DNA of 64,000 nucleotides from Octopus sinensis (Eukaryota): NCBI RefSeq assembly GCF_006345805.1, contig NC_043013.1, positions 19,158,001 to 19,222,000 of the forward strand, read 5' to 3'. Shown piece by piece: positions 61,901 to 64,000 of this stretch (position 1 is its first letter; each line of letters starts with the position of its first letter). The notes under the pieces were generated by a model. It saw only the letters and a program-made list of their open reading frames with translations, ran no database searches and was not told where the DNA came from. The position numbers and the translations under genes were made by a program.

Positions 61901-64000
61901 TCGTTGGTATTGTGGTTGTTAGTTCTGCTTTGGTTGTGGGTTCTGTTGTGGTTATTGGTATTGTTGTGGACGTTGGTATTGTTGTGGTCGTTGGTATTTT
62001 TGTGGTTGTGGGTTCTGTTGTGGTTGTGGGTTCTGTTGTGGTCGTTGGTATTGTGGTTGTTAGTTCTGCTGTGGTTGTGGGTTCTGTTGTGGTTATTGGT
62101 ATTGTTGTGGTCGTTGGTATTGTTGTGGTCGTTGGCATTGTTGTGGTTGTGGGTTCTGTTGTGGTTGTGGGTTCTGTTGTGGATGTTGGTATTGTTGTGG
62201 TTGTTGCTTCTTTTGTGGCTGTTGGTATTGTGGTTGTTGGTGCTGTTGTGGTTGTGTGTTCTGTTGTGGTTGTTGGTATTGTTGTTGTCGTTGGTATTGT
62301 TGTGGTCGTTGGTATTGTTGTTGTTGTGGGTTCCGTTGTGGTCGTTGTAATTGTGTTTGTGGGTCCTGTTGTGGTTGTGTGTTCTGTTGTGGTTGTTGGT
62401 ATTGTTGTGGTTGTTGGTATTGTTGTGGATGTTGGTATTGTTGTGGTTGTTGGTATTGTTGTGGTTGTGGGTTCTGTTGTGGTTGTTGGTTCTGTTGTGG
62501 TTGTTGGTACTGTTGTGGTTGTTGGTATTGTTGTGGTTGCTGGTTCTTTTGTGATTGTTGGTATTGTTTTGGTTTTCGGTTCTGTTGTGGTTGTTGGTAT
62601 TGTTGTGGTTGTGGGTTCTGTTGTGGTTGTGGGTTCTGTTGTGGTTGTGGGTCCTGTTGTGGTTGTGGGTTCTGTTGTAGACTCTGGTTCTGTTGTGGAT
62701 GTTGGTTCTTTTGTGGTTGTTCGTATTGTTGTGGTAGTTGATATTGTTGTGGTTGTGGGTTCTGTTGTGGTTGTGGGTTCTGTTGTGGTTGTTGGTATTG
62801 TTGTGGTTGTTGGTATTGTTGTGGTTGTTGGTATTGTTGTGGTTGTTGGTTTTGTTGTAGTTGTTGGTTCTGTTGTGGTCGTGGGTTCTGTTGTGGTTGT
62901 GGGTTCTGTTATGGTTGTTGGTATTTTTGTGGTTGTTGGTATTGTTATGGTTGTTGGTATTGTTGTGGTTGTTGCTTCTTTTGTGGTTGTTGGTATTGTG
63001 GTTGTTGGTTCTGTTGTGGCTTTTGTTTCTGTTGTGGTTATTGGCATTGTTGTCGTCATTGGTATTGTTGTGGGTTCTGTTGTGGTTGTGGGTTCCGTTG
63101 TGGTTGTTGTTTCTGTTGTGGTTGTTGCTTCTTTTGTGGCTGTTGATATTGTGGTTGTTGGTTCTGTTAATGTTGTGAGTTCTGTTGTGGTTGTGGGTTC
63201 TGTTGTGGTTGTTGGTATTGTTGTGGTTGTTGGTATTGTTGTGGTTGTTTGTATTGTTGTTGTTGCTTCTTTTGTGGTTGTTGGTATTGTGTTTGTTGGT
63301 TCTGTTGCGGTTGTGCGTTCTGTTGTTGTTAATGGTATTGTTGTGGTTGTGGTTTCTGTTGTGGTTGTGTATTCTGTTGTGGTTGTGGGTATTGGTGTGG
63401 TTGTTGGTATTGTTGTGGTTGTTGGTATTGTTGTGGTTGTTGGTATTGTTGTGGTTGCGGATTCTGTTGTGGTTGTGGGTTCTGTTGAGGTTGTTGGTAT
63501 TGTTGTGGTTTTTGGTATTGTTGTGGTGGTTGGTTCTGTTGTAGTCGTTGGTGTTGTGGTCGTAGGTTCTGTTGTGGTTGTGGGTTCTGTTGTTGTTGTT
63601 GGTATTGTTGTGGTCGTTGGTATTGTTGTGGTTGTGGGTTCTGTTGTTGTTTTGGGTTCTGTTGTGGTTGTGGGTTCTGTTATGGTTGTTGTTATTGTTG
63701 TGGATGTTAGTATTTTTGTGGTTGTTGGTATTGCTGTGGTTGTTGCTTCTTTTGTGGTTGTTGGTATTGTGGTTGTGTGTTCTGTTGTTGTTATTGGTAT
63801 TGTTGTGGTCGTTGGTATTGCTGTGGTCGTTGGCATTTTTGTGGTCGTTGATATTGTTGTGGTTGTGGGTTCTGTTGTGGTTGTGGGTTCTGTTGTGGTT
63901 GTGGGTTCTGTTGTGGTTGTTAGTATTGTTGTAGTTGTTGGTATTGTTCTGGTTGTTGCTTCTGTTGTGGTTGTGGGTTCTGTTGTGGTCGTTGGTATTG
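5000..64000 (-). CDS. MUC4-like: Partial multi-exon gene: giant mucin with PTS-NIDO-AMOP-vWD-(Ig/cadherin-like)-EGF x12+ architecture; 21 exons in window, both ends outside the window
   Basis: Manual splicing of 21 minus-strand exons, all AG/GT bounded, with phases matching in order (1,0,0,1,0,1,1,1,1,1,2,1, then all phase 1) and no in-frame stops. Domain motifs read directly from the translation. The symbol reflects architecture only; orthology is not tested. Confidence 0.9.
6801..6920 (-). CDS. Exon C2: EGF ([40 protein letters not shown])
   Basis: Acceptor TATTTTCAG, donor GTAAGT, 120 bp, phase 1-1. Not in the ORF track. Confidence 0.92.
8606..9146. mobile_element. Tigger/pogo-like MITE remnant
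   Basis: TA-CAGTAAT...ATTACTG-TA termini (7-bp TIR plus TA TSD) and recurrent TTTACGAG subterminal motifs. The right TIR appears internally deleted. Confidence 0.6.
9204..9610 (+). mobile_element. tRNA-derived SINE family 1, full length
   Basis: GCAGGAGTGGCTGTGTGG...GGTTCAGTCCC...GACTGAAACAAGTAAAAGAG. Confidence 0.88.
10644..10791 (+). repeat. Perfect 74-bp tandem duplication inside a decayed family-2 SINE
   Basis: CAAATACCACCGAG...GAGCACTGGTAT at 10644-10717 and 10718-10791. Confidence 0.93.
11027..11287 (-). mobile_element. tRNA-like SINE family 2, monomer plus remnant of a second tandem unit
   Basis: Reverse complement of GGCGGCGA(T)CTGGCAGAATCGTTAGC...GAGTTCAAATTC...AAAGAAATA, followed by GGTATTTC... 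junction remnant. Confidence 0.85.
11787..12176 (-). mobile_element. tRNA-derived SINE family 1, full length
   Basis: Same sequence blocks as 9204-9610 in reverse orientation. Confidence 0.88.
12651..12944 (+). mobile_element. tRNA-derived SINE family 3 (body A, tail Y)
   Basis: GGAGGCGCAATGGTTAGGGCAGCGGACTCGCGG...GGTTTCGATTCCCAGACCGGGCG head. 3' part differs from the 16437 and 38549 copies. Confidence 0.8.
15143..15374 (-). mobile_element. SINE family 2, monomer flanked by (ATGT)n
   Basis: Complete head to AAAGAAATA tail. Confidence 0.88.
16437..16920 (+). mobile_element. tRNA-derived SINE family 3 (body A, tail X), 5'-truncated, with a 138-bp captured insert and a 44-bp TSD
   Basis: CAGTGGTTAGGGCA + insert + CGCGGTTTCGATTCCCAGACC...CGTCGTAACCGACGGAGTGCTTC, flanked by ATATACACGAGAAGTTACTATAGGAATTAGG...GATCGACTTTTAC on both sides. 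Confidence 0.85.
17095..17410. repeat. (TG)n followed by (CA)n microsatellites (self-complementary pair)
   Basis: Read directly from the sequence. Confidence 0.93.
17811..18219 (-). mobile_element. SINE family 2, head-to-tail dimer (182-bp period)
   Basis: CCTATTTCTTTAC at 17811 and 17993; one head, two bodies. Confidence 0.88.
18639..18866 (+). mobile_element. SINE family 2, monomer
   Basis: GGCGGCGAGCTGGTAGAAACGTTAGC...GAGTTCAAATTCC...GTAAAGAAATA. Confidence 0.9.
19007..19205. repeat. Inverted repeat, ~70-bp arms, 60-bp spacer
   Basis: AATTAGAAAAAAATCACC...AGAAAATTACATAT versus ATATGTAATTTTCT...GGTGTTTTTTTCTAATT. Confidence 0.9.
19323..19360 (-). ncRNA. Hammerhead-like motif with CUGUUGA core variant in a Penelope-like fragment (19225-19410)
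   Basis: TCTTT-CTGTTGA-A-GAGC(gtag)GCTC-GAAA-C-GTA-AAAGA: perfect 5-bp stem I and 4-bp stem II, with A6 replaced by U. Confidence 0.5.
19983..20376 (-). mobile_element. SINE family 2, head-to-tail dimer
   Basis: Same junction as 17811-18219, located at about 20141-20150. Confidence 0.88.
20706..21145 (-). mobile_element. tRNA-derived SINE family 1, diverged
   Basis: Recognisable head (...CACACAGCTAAGCCTGCGCC on + strand), body and tail blocks. Confidence 0.78.
21551..21667 (-). CDS. Exon B2: EGF ([39 protein letters not shown])
   Basis: Acceptor TTTTTTCCAG, donor GTAAGT, 117 bp, phase 1-1. Not in the ORF track. Confidence 0.92.
21725..22380. repeat. Compound (TA)n-(GATA)n-(GA)n-(TG)n microsatellite between exons A2 and B2
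   Basis: Read directly from the sequence. Confidence 0.93.
22497..22628 (-). CDS. Exon A2: Ca-binding EGF ([44 protein letters not shown])
   Basis: Acceptor ATATGCAG, donor GTAGGT, 132 bp, phase 1-1. Not in the ORF track. Confidence 0.92.
26662..26919 (-). CDS. Exon D: C-x4-WG-x2-C unit + EGF + cbEGF ([11 protein letters not shown]...[20 protein letters not shown]...[16 protein letters not shown]...HCI)
   Basis: Acceptor TCTTCGTTTGCAG, donor GTAAGC, 258 bp, phase 1-1. Confidence 0.93.
27932..28054 (-). CDS. Exon C: Ca-binding EGF ([41 protein letters not shown])
   Basis: Acceptor CTTCAG, donor GTAAGT, 123 bp, phase 1-1. Not in the ORF track. Confidence 0.92.
28335..28769 (+). mobile_element. 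tRNA-derived SINE family 1, full length
   Basis: GGCGCAGGAGTGGCTGTGTGG...GGTTCAGTCCC...GTAAAAGAGTAAAAGAG. Confidence 0.9.
28975..29097 (-). CDS. Exon B: EGF ([41 protein letters not shown])
   Basis: Acceptor TTCTCTTGTTATAG, donor GTAAGT, 123 bp, phase 1-1. Confidence 0.9.
29342..29470 (-). mobile_element. Fragment of the 31306-31510 family with the hammerhead segment deleted
   Basis: GTTAATCCAAACATGAA...TTGGACGCTCAGGAA fused to ACGGAGGAAAAAAATCGCCAACG. Confidence 0.6.
29830..30123 (-). mobile_element. tRNA-derived SINE family 1, diverged and partially deleted
   Basis: Blocks CTTTTACTTGTTTCA, TTTCAGTTTCCGTCTAC, AGAAGACACTTGTCCAAGGTGCCACGCAGTG match family 1 in reverse. Confidence 0.75.
30343..30468 (-). 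CDS. Exon A: Ca-binding EGF ([42 protein letters not shown])
   Basis: Acceptor GTTTCAG, donor GTGAGA, 126 bp, phase 1-1, cbEGF consensus. Confidence 0.93.
30690..30835 (-). mobile_element. Penelope-like terminal fragment, same family as 19225-19410, decayed hammerhead (30759-30796)
   Basis: Shared GTTTCGAGCCTACGCTCTTCAACAG block. On the - strand it reads CTGTTGAAGAGCGTAGGCTCGAAACATA. Confidence 0.6.
31049..31228 (+). mobile_element. SINE family 2, internally deleted
   Basis: GGCGAGCTGGCAGAATC...GCGAAATG fused to CCGAGGTCGAC; B-box region missing. Confidence 0.8.
31407..31441 (-). ncRNA. Minimal type I hammerhead motif in a Penelope-like terminal fragment (31306-31510)
   Basis: TTT-CTGACGA-A-GAGC(tcc)GCTC-GAAA-C-GTT-AAA: canonical core, 4-bp stem II, short stem I. 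Confidence 0.6.
32293..33050 (+). mobile_element. Tc1/mariner remnant: left TIR, QDGA motif, transposase C-terminus, decayed right TIR
   Basis: TA-CAGGGTGTCTCAG start. 32773-32910 translates [45 protein letters not shown], resembling Tc1/mariner C-termini. LQDGA lies just upstream. TTTCATTGAAACAGAT (about 33011) matches the reverse complement of the left TIR at 14/16. Confidence 0.7.
32394..32630 (-). mobile_element. 3' end of a non-LTR element with (GAT)n tail, inserted into a mariner remnant
   Basis: (CAT)n followed by CGTTTAACGTCCGTTTTCCATG... on the + strand, GC-richer body. The class is an inference from the tail structure. Confidence 0.6.
33149..33307 (-). CDS. Exon: EGF ([25 protein letters not shown]...[17 protein letters not shown])
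   Basis: Acceptor TTTTCAG, donor GTGAGT, 159 bp, phase 1-1, six-Cys EGF spacing. Confidence 0.92.
34198..34352 (-). CDS. Exon: linker + first EGF-like module ([10 protein letters not shown]...[11 protein letters not shown]...CDCDIGYTG)
   Basis: Acceptor TATTTCAG, donor GTAAGA, 155 bp, phase 2 to 1. Confidence 0.9.
34823..35290 (+). mobile_element. tRNA-derived SINE family 1, full length with expanded internal (TA)n
   Basis: Head, body and tail blocks as in other copies. Confidence 0.88.
35580..35914 (-). mobile_element. SINE family 4 (body B, different tail Z)
   Basis: Same head and CORE-like body; tail ...GCAATCCCATGGTCAGTCATGACCAAAGAGGGTCT is unrelated to tail X. Confidence 0.8.
35970..36177 (-). 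CDS. Exon: Ig/cadherin-like beta segment ([18 protein letters not shown]...TVIDDDN...EPVSIQ)
   Basis: Acceptor TTTCTTCTAG after a long pyrimidine tract, donor GTAAGT, 208 bp, phase 1 to 2. The fold label is an inference from the N-x-PP...D-x-D pattern. Confidence 0.85.
38053..38250 (+). mobile_element. tRNA-derived SINE family 1 with internal deletion (head fused to 3' part)
   Basis: ...GGCACCTTGGGCA joined directly to TTAAGTACTAGGCTTACAAAG...; the central body is missing. Confidence 0.82.
38549..38914 (-). mobile_element. tRNA-derived SINE family 3 (body A, tail X), full length, 11-bp TSD
   Basis: TTTCTGAAAAT at 38538-38548 and 38915-38925 flanks the element. Confidence 0.9.
39280..39525 (-). 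CDS. Exon: post-vWD region ([10 protein letters not shown]...FTPRF...[15 protein letters not shown]...ANTEFR)
   Basis: Acceptor CTTGTTCTTCAG, donor GTAAGA, 246 bp, phase 1-1. The W...F.Y...F.P.F...C.....C.YD pattern is seen after vWD in MUC4/SUSD2-type proteins. Not in the ORF track. Confidence 0.88.
39699..40468. mobile_element. Head-to-head dimer of a tRNA-head / trinucleotide microsatellite / Penelope-like-tail element
   Basis: Left copy 40106->39699 (-), right copy 40109->40468 (+). Both start GGGCATATGGC and end (AATAATGTA)n-C. The outer ~150-bp arms are reverse complements with scattered mismatches. Confidence 0.8.
40356..40401 (+). ncRNA. Minimal type I hammerhead ribozyme motif
   Basis: GACAC-CTGAAGA-A-GGCTG(gagggtatat)CAGCC-GAAA-C-GTT-TTGTT. 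Core CUGANGA/GAAA, 5-bp stem II, palindromic ACGU stem III, stem I with one mismatch. Activity untested. Confidence 0.6.
40712..40915 (-). CDS. Exon: vWD C-part ([20 protein letters not shown]...[21 protein letters not shown]...YNRFGLL)
   Basis: Acceptor TTTCTCTAAG, donor GTAAGT, 204 bp, phase 1-1. T-x-GLLG-x2-DG-x3-NDF is a vWD motif. Confidence 0.92.
41393..41711 (+). mobile_element. tRNA-derived SINE family 4 (CORE-like body B, tail X)
   Basis: A box TGGCTTAGTGG, B box GAGTTCGATTCC, CORE-like TGTGTCCTTGAGCAAGACACTT. Tail identical in structure to family-3 tail X. Confidence 0.85.
42085..42216 (-). CDS. Exon: vWD middle ([44 protein letters not shown])
   Basis: Acceptor GTTTTGTAG, donor GTAATT, 132 bp, phase 1-1, open frame. 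Not in the ORF track. Confidence 0.82.
43396..43653 (-). CDS. Exon: vWD domain start with GDPH ([28 protein letters not shown]...)
   Basis: Acceptor TTTCAG, donor GTATTT, 258 bp, phase 1-1. GDPH-x2-T-x-DG-x2-YTFNG-x-GEF is the vWD hallmark. Confidence 0.93.
44372..44576 (-). CDS. Exon: AMOP C-part ([11 protein letters not shown]...[30 protein letters not shown])
   Basis: Acceptor TTTCCATGCAG, donor GTTAGT, 205 bp, phase 0 to 1. CCY...CC...C...R...DC..Y pattern of AMOP. Confidence 0.9.
44982..45385. repeat. Two tandem copies of a ~120-bp (CATA)n-associated repeat; third copy inverted at about 27095-27205
   Basis: Shared TTGGATCT...TCTCTATT...AAATCTTGAAATAAA(A/G)CT(A/G)AATAATGACATAC block. 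Confidence 0.75.
45461..45735 (-). mobile_element. SINE family 4 (body B, shortened tail X)
   Basis: Reverse of TGAAGGCGCGTGGCTTAGTGG...AAGTTCAATTCC...TGTGTCCTTAAGCAAGACAC...CGTCGTCATAACCGACGG. Confidence 0.8.
45783..46036 (-). CDS. Exon: NIDO end / AMOP start (GIYGWWQF...QQCMKWY...[15 protein letters not shown]...)
   Basis: Acceptor TTCAACAG, donor GTGAGT, 254 bp, phase 1 to 0. CPC-x2-QA-x2-D-x-RF is the AMOP motif. Confidence 0.9.
46289..46839 (-). mobile_element. Unclassified ~550-bp non-LTR-like repeat with (AAT)n tail; internal fragment repeated at about 48995-49160
   Basis: Shared block CCCCAAAGAATCCCTCTCAACACATGGCTATGATGCTCCCC...CTGTGGTATTGAGCAGAATATTTG at both loci; trinucleotide arrays at the ends. 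Confidence 0.65.
46840..47205. repeat. (ATT)n arrays flanking a SINE fragment, ending about 10 bp from the NIDO exon donor
   Basis: Read directly from the sequence. Confidence 0.9.
47217..47424 (-). CDS. Exon: NIDO domain C-part ([26 protein letters not shown]...KGNTG)
   Basis: Acceptor TATTTTCAG, donor GTAAAA, 208 bp, phase 0 to 1. [11 protein letters not shown] is a NIDO hallmark. Confidence 0.93.
47529..47617. repeat. 31-bp minisatellite, ~2.9 copies
   Basis: CATTATTGGATTGTCTGTGATTAGCTGTAGT at 47529, 47560 and 47591. Confidence 0.93.
49351..49671 (-). CDS. Exon: NIDO domain N-part (IHTDGFLII...[10 protein letters not shown]...ATWALVVTW...PSE)
   Basis: Acceptor GTTTAG, donor GTGAGT, 321 bp, phase 0-0. 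IAPFWAD is a NIDO hallmark. Confidence 0.92.
50345..50574 (+). mobile_element. SINE family 2, monomer flanked by (TATG)n
   Basis: Complete head, B box GAGTTCAAATTCC and AAAGAAATA tail. Confidence 0.9.
51317..51459 (-). CDS. Exon: pre-NIDO segment (K)[47 protein letters not shown]
   Basis: Acceptor TTACCACCAG, donor GTAAGT, 143 bp, phase 1 to 0. The LLPFG...DD...FP pattern is typical of the region preceding NIDO domains. Not in the ORF track. Confidence 0.88.
51937..52203 (+). mobile_element. Diverged CORE-like tRNA SINE with yet another tail
   Basis: GTGGCCTAGTGGT head, TTCTTGAGCATAGC...TTTTCACATTGCTCCAGTCCAC body. Confidence 0.65.
52269..52442. repeat. Fold-back inverted repeat, 83-bp arms, 8-nt loop
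   Basis: AAGTGGACATCC...TTTAGCAAAC / GTTCTGGT / GTTTGCTAAA...GGATGTCCACTT, with several mismatches. Confidence 0.92.
53168..64000 (-). CDS. Giant mucin (PTS) exon, >10.8 kb, about 3,610 codons of [17 protein letters not shown] repeats; open beyond the window edge
   Basis: Frame of the 3677-aa ORF stays open upstream of its ATG (63836) to 64000. It ends at ...SFPRI-A|GTAAGT (donor at 53167, phase 1). The ORF-track tail after this point (SKYKIMY...YIYIY) is intron read-through. Confidence 0.92.

Overview
AT-rich, microsatellite-dense eukaryotic genomic DNA, most likely from an octopus. The species call is an inference from the SINE families and repeat landscape, not from a database search. The window lies inside one very large minus-strand gene. 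I could splice 21 exons with canonical GT-AG sites and consistent phases (about 4,850 codons): a Thr/Pro-rich mucin exon of more than 10.8 kb, then NIDO, AMOP, a vWD domain with a GDPH motif, a short Ig/cadherin-like segment and at least 12 EGF-like modules. This is a MUC4-type architecture. The signal peptide/start and the TM/stop lie outside the window. Introns are filled with tRNA-derived SINE families, Penelope-like terminal fragments carrying minimal hammerhead-ribozyme motifs, Tc1/mariner, Tigger-like and Helitron-like remnants, fold-back palindromes and simple repeats. Most short ORFs in the supplied track are microsatellite or shadow artefacts. Top findings: (1) a head-to-head dimer of a tRNA-head + microsatellite + hammerhead-tail element; (2) several dispersed hammerhead motifs, including a CUGUUGA core variant; (3) the giant MUC4-like mucin with a duplicated 4-exon EGF cassette; (4) a compensated triple 1-bp frameshift inside a roughly 1.05-kb duplicated mucin block; (5) a templated inverted insertion inside a SINE with a 44-bp target-site duplication.
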